Shown: positions 11,127 to 23,726, counted from the first letter of the stretch. The stretch is 64,000 nucleotides of DNA from Yuukianura sp. NJ FZ-2021 (GCA_046563655.1 CM102286.1:9982001-10046000), one strand, 5' to 3'. Notes: generated from the sequence alone by a model not told the origin. Numbers and translations are program-made.

Positions 11127-11255
11127 ATGCGTCCATTTTTAATGGAAAATCTTTCCGAGTTTGCAGTTATCCTGAGGTGCAAATTTTGTGGTAGGGAATA
11201 CACCAATTTCCCAGATTTCAAACAACATAAACTCGACTTTCATCGCCATCTTTAG
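11127..11255 (+). CDS. Single C2H2 zinc-finger microprotein (37-42 aa)
   Basis: MRPFLMENLSEFAVILRCKFCGREYTNFPDFKQHKLDFHRHL*: exact C-x2-C-x12-H-x4-H spacing with aromatic/hydrophobic core residues; below the ORF-track cutoff. Confidence 0.55.
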   Translation: MRPFLMENLSEFAVILRCKFCGREYTNFPDFKQHKLDFHRHL

Positions 11256-11336
11256 CCTTCGTCATTACTACGTAAGATTAAACAACCTATTGGTTGTCTG
11301 ACGAGTTAATTATAGTAACCTATCAAATATCGTTCT

Positions 11337-11645
11337 ATGGAAAGTGGACTGTCCCATGCCGTAAAAAAGGTGATCATGGTTGATGCTATGACTCAGACGG
11401 ATGAGTCTTCGATGACCATGGATTCTACCTCCAGTGTGTCTGACGCTGGAACTACACCCTCTATTGCGACACCCTTGGATTTGGCTTTAGAAGACATATT
11501 GTCGGATGAAGATTTTAGCGACGATGATGTTGTATATTTGGCTCATTTCCCTGCCTTACGAACAGCTAGTGCCTATACACGCTTCTGTCCTAGTGACGAA
11601 AATTCAATGGATATTTATGCCTCAGACGAAAGTCTAGATAACTAA
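11337..11645 (+). CDS. Small acidic disordered protein with a SIM-like motif
   Basis: ATG ORF of 102 aa, D/E/S/T rich, containing SDEDFSDDDVVYL; the stop codon overlaps AATAAA. Confidence 0.4.
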   Translation: MESGLSHAVKKVIMVDAMTQTDESSMTMDSTSSVSDAGTTPSIATPLDLALEDILSDEDFSDDDVVYLAHFPALRTASAYTRFCPSDENSMDIYASDESLDN

Positions 11646-11960
11646 ATAAAGAGGTAATCCGCCTTCTGGAAATTTTTTTGGCACATGGCTGTGAAAGGTT
11701 GATACGGAAAATTTATTTCTTCATCTAATGGAAGTTGTCTTGTTGTGTATCCTACGTTTACTAAGAATTTCTGAAAAAGAACTTGTAAGTTAGTAGCAAC
11801 CCAGCTATTGTTCCTGATTATTCGCTGAAAGTAATTTTGGCCTATTGAATTAATTCTCTATTCCGTATTGATCGGGTATAACAGCAGAAAGATACGTAAA
11901 TTATAATTAACTAACCTAGTATTTTTTAGGAATAAAATATTGATTGGTTGCACTTTATAG

Positions 11961-12435
11961 GTACCCAATATCTTTAAATGCCAGGGTTACTTCTTGGGGC
12001 GGGTTTTTACAACCCCTTCTACCCCTTGCCAGCAACAAATTTGCATCGCGTGCCTATGAATGGTTTCCACTTGCTCGTACTTCGGATATTACTGACTGAC
12101 TTTTTGTGGTTAACTTGGACCATGTCAAACTAATTCGGAAACACAAGGCAAGTGGGGTCACTACCCGGTCTCCCGGACTTATTTTAGGAGTTTTACACTA
12201 TATGTTAAGGGATTTATATGATACACCCTTAGTAGAAAGAGATTTTGCAATTCGGTCTTCAAAACTGGATTATGGACGTGATCGAATTCAAAAAGTTGTT
12301 TTTTGTCAGCGTCATAAGGTAAGTTCGGATTTAAAAGTAATCAAACTGAATGAGGACTTAATGCTAGATAGAGAAGAAGGTATATTGTATTTGCTAGATA
12401 CTCACTTTTGTTTGTTTCTCCGAACTGCGTTTTAA
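11961..12435 (+). pseudogene. Orphan gene D, paralog of C
   Basis: After acceptor TTTATAG: YPISLNARVTSWGGFLQPLL...FASRAYEWFPL..., one in-frame stop, then ...VLHYMLRDL...EGILYLLDTHF. Confidence 0.5.
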
Positions 12436-13692
12436 TTATGTAGATTATATACTCTTCTATACGTCAAGATTAGAGGGTACTGCATCATCCCTGGAAGCAT
12501 TAGACTAAGGGCCAAGTAGTTTTTACAAATTGTTATAAAGGGAATCTTCTCTTGGATGGGTATACTTTCGCCTTCAATTTGACGTCATTCTCGAGGCGTG
12601 AGTCTATCCCCAGAAGAGTATAGTTAAGCGTGTGTGCTATTCCGTGGTAGAAAAAACGGAACCTGCCACATATGAACTACTGGCCCAAAACTTTGCTATA
12701 GGCTTCTCACTTCCTAGACTTTTTCAATTTCAGATTAAAGGTTCTACTATTGACGGTTGCTTTTTACACATTCCAATACTAATTTGTAGTGTCCGACATA
12801 CGCTAATTGCATAAATTTCTCATCATGAATCCTACACAGGTGATGGTATACTTGGATAATAATATAAAATTCCCAATGAACTAATGTATATTGTTTTTGA
12901 TCTGTTATTTGGGTAATCATAGAACACCAGGGCTTGCAGTGGATTTACTGGAGTACTACACAGCGAAGCCTTAAGAATTCGAGAGGCATTAGAAACTGCC
13001 ACTGTCCTTGCTAGCACCTCAGAAAGTACACGAAGTGTGGAAACGACAATGTCAGCGTCTACTCAGGAAAGCAATAACCTAGAAACAAGGATATCACGAT
13101 CGCCGGTGTCCCTAAGTACATCCATGTCCACTGAATCAGTTATGGATGACAGTGGTACTGGAGCCTTGGCTATTGATGATGTCCCCGAGGCCCCCTTGGA
13201 TACTCATGTCATTACTTCTTCCTCTGAGCCATTTGCTGCTAGTGTTTACGTACTAACTCAACTTAGCATCTCCTGTCATCAAAGTTTTCAAAACTGCAAT
13301 TTCAAGAAAATCTATCCAAAATGGCGGGGCAAAGCATGTTACGCGTATGAAAGCTGCCTAGCGCAAGGATTTACTCCTGGAGCCACGATAACACAGGAGC
13401 ATTAGCGGATTTTAATGCCGGGTTAGGAAAAAAGGACGATCACACCAAAATCGCTAAACTGTTTTTTCTCCAGATTTTCCTTAATCATGAGATAATCTTG
13501 AGATAACCCCACAAATTCAGGTTAGGGTGTGATCGCCCTCAAACTTATTACCGATTTAGAAGTTTGGAGATCACACCTCACTTTTCTAACCAGATTTTAG
13601 TTCCAACGTAAAAAGCAGTCCGAGCAGTTTTATCTCGGTAATGACGTGAAGCTCCCTACTACATCAATCTCTATCGAGTCACGACCATTCTT

Positions 13693-14139
13693 TTGGGTCA
13701 CGATCGATGCCGTTTTCGATATTTTCGTGTAACGTTTACATTAATACACCAAAAGGGCTGTTGGCCCGTCTCCATTATGAACCCCCGAAGTACTAACGTA
13801 CGATCTCAACTCTTGTCATCACTATTCGTTTCCATTCGGAGTCTACTCGGTGCTAGGTTCCAAGCTCTCCAGAAATTCAAAATTATTGAACCCCCTCAAA
13901 ATCAACTTGCGACTCAGCATCAATATATTCCCCCATGCTGCTTTATCTGTTTCAAATTTGATCATGTTCGCCGATACTGTCCGAACAATACTCTAGAAAT
14001 TCGCATGTCTCTTCCCTTCCAAAAAGAAAGGAAACACAGAAGACAAATACTGGAAAAACAATATCCCCATTACTTCAAAAAATGTCGAAATAAGTATGAA
14101 CAACATTCTTCAAAATCTTCGAAATCTGTAAATAAATAA
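13693..14139 (+). mobile_element. Retroelement-associated ORF with a CCHC zinc knuckle
   Basis: CFICFKFDHVRRYC = C-x2-C-x4-H-x4-C, with a basic C-terminus. Confidence 0.6.
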
Positions 14140-14341
14140 AATGTGAAGAAAAAAAATGTATCAAAAAAATAAATAAAATCATCAAAAAAAGACAATTTTA
14201 AAATCAAAATAAAAATTTAAATTCCCTACTCTACCCTAATTGGTATTCTCTCGAATACGAATTCGAGCCACAGAGGACCCCGCTGAGGCCGGTAAGGACC
14301 CCAGGATACCCCCAGAAGGCCCACTTTCTTAGGTTAGGATG

Positions 14342-15002
14342 TGTGGCGGTGGATGACCACACCCCCAGCCACCTCATAGGTTATGATAAGTTATACACAC
14401 ATTACATAGCTATGTATTGGTAGGGAGTCAGTCCTAATACTGCCTTATTCAGAGTAACAGCTCTTCCATGTCCTTCGTCTGTCCACTCATTGACCTACAT
14501 CCGGCTGATCTCGGCGCCACCGAGCAGCCACACAGGAGATATCCGGACGTTACCCGCAGCAACAATGGAATAAGTCAACTGCATTGTTGGATTCTACTAT
14601 TAGAGTGCTGCTTGTTGGAGGAATTGACAAGGTCAAGCCAATAACCGCTCGACCTTGGTCAACCCCTCCAGTAATTAAATTAAAATATCATCTGCTTCCT
14701 TGGGTCTTACAGGCTCAGAAGCCTGTCTGAAGGTCCCATGTTGTGACTACCCATGTCACAACGTGGAGTTTGGAGTTCCATGGACTGACGAGTGACCAAG
14801 CTCACCAGCAGCCCATGTCAAGACTCACCTGCACCACCATCCTCAGTCCGTTTCTTGCTCTCATCAAGCAAGCTTCCATCTAAGTTGTACATTCTGACTC
14901 AATAATCGAAGCTGTAGGCTCCGTCATTTTCTTTTTTTCTTTTTAATAAAAAGGGTAAAAGCCCCAAAAAATCCACTTGTCATCTTGTTGTTTTCACCCG
15001 CA
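14342..15002 (+). mobile_element. Probable LTR remnant; boundaries uncertain
   Basis: Starts TGTGGCGG after a GC-rich segment, has AATAAA near 14945 and ends ...CACCCGCA; no TSD or partner LTR found. Confidence 0.3.
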
Positions 15003-15129
15003 TTCTTCTTCAAATCATCAAAAGTTCGCTTAAAACTCTGACACTGCTGTAGATTTCATATCGATGAGCATTTAATTCCCGGATTTGTAGCGTTTCTGGA
15101 GGCGAAAAATTTGGCGCTTGTAAAAAAAA

Positions 15130-15600
15130 AACAGTACTACAGCAGGAGCAAATTGCAAAAGGAGCTAAAATTAAAGTAGTCGATTACGTTAAACAAGAAC
15201 TTGGAACAACAAACGATAGCAACACTGCTAGAATAGCGTTCCGTGAATCTACAAGATTTGCCAAAATCGGTCGTGATCGCTAATAGACATTATCTTAGCA
15301 ATTTTAGCTTCCGGTTGATAATGTGTTGTTTGGTAATTTGTGTAAGGAAACCGCAAAGCTGTTTGTTAAATTGTGTGGTTGGTACTCAATGCCAACTACA
15401 GTCAACAAAGTGCTTATCCTCCATGTATCCCAAGTTCTGTCCGAGTCACAGCATTTTGCCTGTCGGAATGCTTGGAGAGGACGCTGCAGAAGCTAGAAAT
15501 AAGTATTACCGAAAGTTTAGGGTGCAACATGATAAAGAGAGAAGCAGAAAGGACAAGATGAGAGACATGTTCCGAACGTTCAATTCACATATAACGTATA
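15130..15600 (+). mobile_element. Transib transposase C-terminal pseudogene fragment
   Basis: GTTNDSNTAR and HSILPVGMLGEDAAEARNKYYRKFR..H....SR fit Transib/RAG1-like NDGNTAR and LPIG.LSEEA.EARNK motifs. Confidence 0.8.
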
Positions 15601-17299
15601 TTTTGGAACTTGCGTGGTAGTTCTGAGTAATTCAAAATTTTGGAAAAATGGATTCAAAGACAATTCTTGACACGAAAAACTCGTAAAACCGGCCGGTTCG
15701 AATTATGTGTTGTATGACAAACTGGTAAGTTTGCCCACTCAGATTTTGTAAAAATTAAGCAGCATCCAATGCACTCTAAACAGCAAAGATGCCATCCTAC
15801 ACATGCTATTTGGGTGCCCACACAGGAACGTAACGGAAATCAAAAGAAGGTCATTTTAAATTCAAAATTAACAGAAGTGCCTGTTTGCGCAATGTGCAGA
15901 TAGTCATTTTTTGGTTTGGTTTCTTCTGAAATCAAGACTCCTCCACACATAACTACACTCAAAGTTGCACTAGCCTGGCCTTTGTGGAAACATGACAAAT
16001 GTTCCCTTTCCGATCACCCAGCCCAGCCTCTAGAACTACCTAGAAGTTTCTGCCCGTCCAAAAGCATAACCAAGTACCACTTCCTCCTAACAGTCTCGCT
16101 CAATCCTAACCACCATCTGGTCTGCTGCTCTACGGCCCGCAGCCCTTGTCCCCCTATTTTGGCACGGCACTCCAGAACCATCATTGGACAAACAGAATCA
16201 TTGAGTCATTGGACAAGGCGTTAGTAACTGGATCAGGCCTTGAATTTCTGGACAAGGATCTACTCACTGCGCAAAGCCCTAGTCACTGGACAAGAACTTG
16301 AATCACTTGACTACCCCCTGAATATTTCTTCTTCATGTTTTTCTTAATTTAAATACCCATACATTCCCCCTTCATCCGTCCATGGGACATGTATTGCATT
16401 GGTTGGAATACGTATGTTGCATTTAACAATCCGTTGTGTTTGGTTCTTTTGGTCATTAGACTAAACTCTTCCTTTATTTCAGTACAAGATACAAGTTACT
16501 GCATGGTCTGTCGTTGGATGAGCCCAATGGGAAAACAGTGACGCTAGGATTCACCCGCAGCAGTTTGATTTGCAATAAAAGAGCCATGTATTTTCCCCAG
16601 AATGCCGAAACTGAACTGTCGAGGATCCTGATTTCAACCTCAGGAAAACTGCAGCCTACAAAAAATAGTGAGAAATCGGAAATATTGCTCTCAATCGAAG
16701 AAGTGGAAATCCTACTATTCTTGTACGAACGCTACTACACACTAGATCCATGAACACGATTGCCAGGGATACCGCGTGTCAATCACTTCCTGTGGAGCTA
16801 CGTAACTACATGATACCGCGAAATTAGTGTTTAGTAGTGTGAATTCCGGTTTACCAACCTCAAGAATTTTACGATGTAATGAATAATAATATTACAAATG
16901 TGACAAGCCGAAGTATAGTATATTCCTATACCTCCTCTACTGGAGATGACATGAACATTACCGTTTTAAGACTTTTGACCTTTGATGCACTAGTACTTAG
17001 GTTAGGTTACGATCTAACCATAACGGGTCTAACTCTCGGTGCTTCGTGAATCTATTCACACTTCCAAGATTCGTTTTTTATTTAAGACTTCAGATTTTAA
17101 TATTTAAGACTTTTTGGAACTTTAGATCCAGGCGTTTCTAAGTATACAGTAGAGGAAGCCTTGGCTCTCATGTTGGACGTGTCAATGTCGAAAGAACAGT
17201 TACAATCGAATACGATGCAAAGCCCTAAAGAAGAATCGAATACAATGCAAAGCCATAAAGAAGAATCACTGATATTTATCCAACGTAAAAAGTGGCGGA

Positions 17300-18410
17300 G
17301 GCATAGACGAAATGCCGACCAGATGAAAACAAATTGACTATATCTGAAACGTATGCAAAGGTGAAGCTCCAAGCCATGATGCAGCATACCTCAGAAAGGA
17401 TTCGTGAGTTACAAATTACAAAGAAGTGATCACTCAGCAAGCCGACATTGAGCGAAAGAAAGAAATTCATACCACACTAATTTGTTCCTGGGGTTTTGAT
17501 GGTAGCAGTGGCCAGCCGGTTTCCAAGCAGAAATACTCCGATCAAAGCAAATCTGATGCAAGCCTGTTTGCAACAACAATAATTCCAATGCCGTAATAAT
17601 AATGTTCTTTCATAATCCAAATATTACAACCAAAATTCGATAAGCTTTCAATTTAAATAAGCTTAAATAAATTGACTACTTCCAGATTACTCAAAGCCGG
17701 AGATAGAATTTATGGAGCAATCATACTCAGTCAGTTAGACTTCGCAGACCTCTAAAAATTGAATGTGTGAAGGAAACCTCGGAACACATTTTAAGTGAGA
17801 AGGATGCCGTAGATGTTGAAATTTGGGCATTGGCACCCATTGAAATCATGCTAAAAAAAACTCACGGTTGTAATTGACTTTTCCTTTTCCGTGACGCTCA
17901 CGGATGGAAATGTACTGAGTACAATTACAAGCAGCTTCAATGCAGAGCTGCCCAATCTGCTAAGCTAAGCAAAAACAATTCAACGATTTGAAAAACATAA
18001 ACACCGAAGTGTTTAACCGAGCGCCTGGAACCTTGAAATTTGGAATAAGCCCGCTCCACGCATGGACCAGATTTCTGGAGCGCGATGAAAATTTCATACC
18101 GTTGGAACGTGAAAACCTAGCACGCTTCTAAACCAACTATAGCCGGTCGCAAAAAAGTAATCAGCAATCTATTGAGAGACCACCTTGGGCTCGGGCTGAC
18201 GGTTGACAACCAAAACCCGGAGGCTCAGATTCCACCAACAACGGAAACACCACACGTCGTTTTTTCAAGGACATTGATGTCGTGTGTCAGATCACTGAAT
18301 TTGACATAAATATTGGTCACAGATTCAAAATAATACTGTTGACCCTGTCTTGCCAACTAGATATTGATCCGACAATTCTCCAAACCTTCTGCAAAAACAC
18401 TGCAGAATAG
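17300..18410 (+). mobile_element. Transib transposase pseudogene (catalytic core), heavily frameshifted
   Basis: WGFDGSSGQ, SDASLFATTIIP, RPLKI...KETSE, SCPIC, FGISPLHAWTRFLE, PKPGG..STNNGNTTRRFF. Confidence 0.85.
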
Positions 18411-18517
18411 TGCAGTTTTGCTGTTGATATTGTGTAAGCATTTTGAACTTTTCACCTTTTCGCTTAACCCCCCAACTGTGCAGCCGTTAAGTCCTCACGG
18501 AGGGCCAAACCGTGGCA

Positions 18518-18802
18518 GGTTACATGGTCAGAATTATTTGGTCAGAAGTGAAATGGTCAGAAGTAAAATCGTCAGAATGCAAAAGATCTGAGGTTAGGCT
18601 TGGTTAGGTTCTGACTATTTTTTTCCTGATCATTCCACTTTTCATTTTTTTTTCTTTGCAAACCTTAGTTTATTGTTAAACATTAGAGTAACTTGCAGCT
18701 GCCAGTGGCAGGTTAAGAAATTTGAGCAGTATGGTAATAATTATTAAAGCATGTAGATTTCACTTTTGATCTTTTCACTTTCTGACCAAATCACATGTAA
18801 CC
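18518..18802. mobile_element. MITE with GGTTACATG termini and GGTCAGAA subterminal repeats
   Basis: GGTTACATG...TTTGGTCAGAAGTGAAA is inverted relative to TTTCACTTTCTGACCAAATCACATGTAACC; no clear TSD. Confidence 0.6.
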
Positions 18803-19116
18803 GGGCCATACAAATCATTTAGATATCTTACCTAGCATTCCAACTTAAAGTTAAAATGTGAGACACGTAAATTCGGTGTAGCAAAAGTTGTCACGTTTCC
18901 CCAAAATGTTAAATCAGAATATCCCAGTTTCTTCCCGAGTAAAGCAAGCAAGCAATTCTACTATTTCTCGAAAGAAGAAAAACTCAACCGCTCAGAAAAT
19001 TGAAAGGGTTTCGATGAAGAGTTCTCAGTTATACATGAAGGTCTCTCTAAACTAAATTAATAATACGACTAACCATTTTGCCTAACCATTTTACAAATAC
19101 GAGGTTATGCTAAATC

Positions 19117-22100
19117 TCAATTCTGAGAGTTGGGAGTAGAATTTAGAGCAATGTTCGCATGTACGCTTTCAGCATTGTCTTCATTGTTGCGATGAAGTTT
19201 ATCATCCCTTTCCCCAATTTGATCACAAGGTTCAATACAACATGAGGAAGACCGTACATTGATTTCCAATGTAGTCTGAGTGCAAGGTTGCGCACAAGTT
19301 GTGTGCAGTATCGTAGCAGTGTCGTCTTCACCAGAGTTACGAGATTCTGATTCACTGGTCTCATGACTATCCTCGCTTACCTCAGGTATTGTTGAGTCCA
19401 TTTCTTCGTTAATTGAGGAATCAGCAGCGTTTCCCTGACCATCATTTACATCAATTTGTACTTTTGGTCTTTCTTCGATGCTTTCGTTTGCTTCTGCAAC
19501 TTCGCTTTCACTTACATGCTGAAAAGATGAAGACAAACATTGTTGCGGCTTGCGAATGCTGAGAATCTGGAACAATGAGTTAACAAGAAAAATAAGTCAA
19601 TTAGTCACACAATATTTTGTACCGTGATTGCTTCTTCTAGACGATGTAATGGAAATGAAACCTGAAGGGTCTAATTAATGCAAGAAGCCGCATTAAATCA
19701 TAGAAACTTCGCGATCTTACGTAGTTTAAGACGCCTTCGTTAAATGGACAAAGAAAAAGTTCAGAAGTTCAAATTCTTAAACGAAAGGGGTTTGCTTAGT
19801 TATGAAGGAAAACCAACTGAAATATTGAGATCGTTACGATATTTTCTAATTTTCAACTTACTTCGGGTTTTAACGGAGACGGTAGTGAAATTTCCTGAAG
19901 AGCTGGATCCTCGGCGTCAATATCTGTAGGGACCTTCCGCGTCTTGAATGTTAATGGTGTTCGGCGCAAAATATCCTCAATCTGCGACGTCGTCTTTTCC
20001 TGTTGAGATTTAGATGGAAAGTGAGATCGTAGCATTAAAACCTCTCTTCATGCACAGAAGTTCCCCATTTCAAAGGAAGCATAGAAATAAGGATTAAGAG
20101 AAAAATCATTCCAGCGAAAGCTTTATGAGCACTTCAAATACCTTAAAGACATTGCTAATGCAAATAGGTAAGTAAGAGAGTTTGAATTTGCATTTAGACG
20201 TCTCTTGATTGGCCAATAGAAGAATGATAGTTAACTTCCCCGTTGAACCTACCCGTTCGATTACTTGCACGAGGTACTAAAAGTGATTGCTTACCCGGTT
20301 TTCAGTCATCTTCCTCTTCAGAAGTGCAATATTTTGAAGCAAGTTGGTATGGCGAACTTCGATGTCACTCAAAATATTTCCCATTTCTTGCATCAAATGA
20401 ACTGACTCTGAAAAGTGCATCTCCCAGCTACCGGGTGGTACAGCTTTACCCGAAAAATATAGTTCGAATTCATCTTCCGGCATACTCAAAGATTCTGCAT
20501 TCAGGCCTTGAATAAACGTCACAGCACAGCACTGCAGAAAAATAAAGTAAGTTAGAAACTAGCTTGAATAAAGTAAGTTGATGTCTATTGAATCAAAACT
20601 AAATACTGGGAAGTTAGGTGTGTCCTTCATTATATATAGCGAAAATTAATAGTAGTGTTTTATTCTCGTTACCAAATTGGTGAAAAAATAGCCAGCTTCT
20701 CCGCTCATCAGTCGAGATGCATTGCAGAATCTGTTGATGTAGTTGATATTGCTCTGCAGTCGCGTGGGATTCGCTTTGATTACGATGTAAATGAGAGCTG
20801 GAAGAAAGTCATCAGCAGAAGTAGGACCCTGTTTTGATTTCCCCAAAGCCTTCATAATACGCGTACAACATTGAGAGATGTGATGCAGTTTGTCCTGTGG
20901 AGCTTTGACAGAATCGACTCCAATAATATCTACAATGAAAATACACAATTACTCAAGTACAGTAAAACAATTGAAGCTTTTGACAGCATCAACAGAAATG
21001 CAACTCTCCTGGAAGAAGAAAATAACCCTCTTCATTCACGTTTCACATATCAATCACTAATGCTAACGTAAAACCATTCACAATAAATTATAGTGAATTA
21101 TCAAATCTATCTAGTGGATTTTCCAAAGTCGGAATCGTTCTTGTTACTATTCCTAGCAACGCAACATGAAAAAAAAACAGTGGAGCTTTTCTACTGAGCG
21201 ATCAGCGAAAAAAATGAGCGTTATTGCAGAAATCTCACATCGCCCTAACGCTCATCGAAATTGGTTGAACAATAAAAGAAGGTAAGAAACTAAAACAGTT
21301 AAAAATATTGTAATAACTTTGTTAATTACATTGTTCAAACAATCTCCAATGTAGTTCGGGAGATGTGAGATTTCTGCAAAACGTTTGATTTTCTCGCCGA
21401 ACGCTGATCGCTCAGTAGAGAAGCTAAACTGTTTTTTTTAAAGTTAGGTTTCTAGGAATAAATAGTAGTCTTGGAACAAGACCAAGACTCTTGGCCAGAG
21501 AGACTAATTTGGAAGACAAATTGTAATGAGTTCAATTTAATTACACACCACTGCAACAACTGTTTAAAAATGACCAATGGGAATGGGTACCCGCAAAACT
21601 TGGAGAAAAAAAAACTAATACTTCTGGTAAAAAAATCCGACTTATACCACCCGAGTTGATTCACAAACGAAACTTAGTACATAGTTGCGTAATCTAATCA
21701 GAGAAGTGCATACCGTTGATGGCGGCCCATATGAAGTCTCTTACGTCCTTGTCCCGCTCATTTAGGCGGATTTCTAGTCTGTCGGTACCGATCCAATTCA
21801 GCTTCCTAATTCTGTACAAAGAAACGCAAACCGAAAAGTTATACGTAATGTCCATCAGCTGAATTCATATTTTTTGGTTTGGTATTTATCAAAATTTTAG
21901 GCACAAAAATGTTCACTGACTCACTTTGTTTGTAGTGCTAAATCCTTCGCTTCGTCGTCCATATTAGTAAAACTGGGCATGAACAACTCTTTGTAAAGTC
22001 CAATCGTGAAGTACTTCTCAATTAGATCCATTAGTTTATCCTTCTCCTCGGGCTTTACGCTCTGATAAATAGGGACGGCGTCCACTTTGCGTCTAAAGTT

Positions 22101-22929
22101 ATCGTAAAACGTCTGCACCAAATCCGACACGTCTTCTATGCGTCCTTCCTCTACCAACTTTCTGAGATCCGCTTCACATTCCTTCACCTTGACTGTGATA
22201 TCACGCCTTATTGGATTCGGGAATGGCGACAAAAAATCGTTAAACTCTTTGCGTAGTGCTTCGAATTCTACGTCGTTTGTCCGGGGAGTTCTTTCTAATC
22301 GCACTTTTTGCACTGGCTCTTTCACCTTCTGTTGTGAAGGAGAAGGAGTTTTACTAAATACTGATCGAAATGAGGAACTTTTTCTGTCTGTCTGATGACG
22401 TTTCTTCTCTTCAAACTTGGCGAAACTATTGGTTAATGGAGATGGAAACTGCAGAGAATCCAGTGACCTATACAAAAACAAGCAATGAGCAGCTTACTGA
22501 TATAAGAACAATATTAAGAAGAAATAATACGAGAACCAGATAATTGTTAACAAAATGAGAGGAAGTTAGAAAGAAGGCTAATTAGAAGGCTTACAATTTA
22601 GAAGCAGCGGCCTTAGGTAATGTAGCAAACGCCGAAATCCCAGACCTTCCGAAAAAGCTTTGAACTGCCGCTGTACCAACGTGTGAAGCTGGCTCATCTT
22701 TACTGTTTGATTCTGACTGAGCCAACTGTGCTAATTGTAGCTTTGCTTGTTGGCTTCTTTTATACTCTTTGTAGCAAACAGAACAGTATCCTTCTTGGAT
22801 TTCGTTTCCGTAGTGTCCACATCCGTTTTTACAGAGTAGGTCCTGTTGACTGATCTTGAATTTGTAGTGTCTTGAAGTACTTGATGTTGTCGCCAACCCA
22901 GAAATTGCACCTCCAGCTGATTCTTCCAT
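19117..22929 (-). CDS. RABGEF1: Rab5 GDP/GTP exchange factor Rabex-5 (A20 zinc finger, helical bundle, VPS9, coiled coil), 7 exons, ~685 aa
   Basis: Exons 22929-22595, 22467-21925, 21811-21714, 20929-20673, 20531-20295, 19999-19862 and 19566-19117 are all GT-AG and in frame (2058 nt). [11 protein letters not shown]....GYCSVC (A20), SADDFLP and [10 protein letters not shown] (VPS9), LPSPLKP C-terminal motif. Confidence 0.93.
21171..21438. mobile_element. Palindromic MITE in Rabex-5 intron 3
   Basis: AAACAG..AGCTTTTCTACTGAGCGATCAGCG...TGCAGAAATCTCACATC is inverted against GATGTGAGATTTCTGCA...CGCTGATCGCTCAGTAGAGAAGCT...CTGTTT. Confidence 0.75.
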
Positions 22930-23140
22930 GGTGGCGTGATTGTGATACCGCTGGTGTCTTCCTAGGCAGTGATCCTCCGGGTAATCGTACAGTAAGAGTC
23001 GTACTAGTCCAAAGGTGAAAGTTACAGCCTGTAACTTACAGGTACAAGTGAGTCGCACGTCAAATAGTTTAATAACTTCTGGTTTTACTCCAGTCCTTGC
23101 TACAAAAAATATAACCGCTTTATATCACAATATTCACTAT

Positions 23141-23726
23141 TAGTGATGTCCCGAGTACAAAGTTACGTAGTACAAATGCTAACGAGTATTGTCGTTCTCT
23201 CTACTCGCAAGCACAAACTACTCGTGAAAAGTACTCGCGAGTACAAACGGATACCCGCTCACCACACACGTAGTAGATAATGACATTTGGACTCTTACAA
23301 TAGGTTAGTTTGGTTAGGTTCACAGTCAAAAATCAATCAAAAAGGCATTCACTCATTTTAAATACAAGATTAGACCGGAAGTTAACTATTTTTTAAATTG
23401 AAATTGTTAACCACTGACAACAACGGACGAAGACATGTTCAAAACTTGGGCACAAATTTACCTTCTTTTTCTACCTTCAGTGTCGCTGCAAAAAGAAATA
23501 CCTCGGTTTTCGTTTTTCGCCTATTCGTGGAGAAATCTTAGCTTTTTTGCATAATAATTCGAGCAAGATTTAAAAATTTAGTCATACAAGTACTTTCTAC
23601 GTACTCGTTAAATTCTTTACGAGTACGAAGTTATAGAGTTACGAAGTATGAGTAGTAGCGAGTACTTGTACTCGTTATTACTCGTACGAAGTAACGAAGT
23701 AGTACTTCGTACTCGGGACATCACTA
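23141..23726. mobile_element. hAT-type MITE ~210 bp upstream of the Rabex-5 ATG
   Basis: TIR TAGTGATGTCCCGAGTAC / GTACTCGGGACATCACTA, perfect 8-bp TSD TTCACTAT, many CGAGTA/TACTCG subterminal repeats. Confidence 0.9.

Noticed and set aside
22930..23058. N-terminal extension of the Rabex-5 first ORF in the track
   Set aside because: It starts at a non-ATG codon; the ATG at 22929 has a strong Kozak context (GCCACCATGG).
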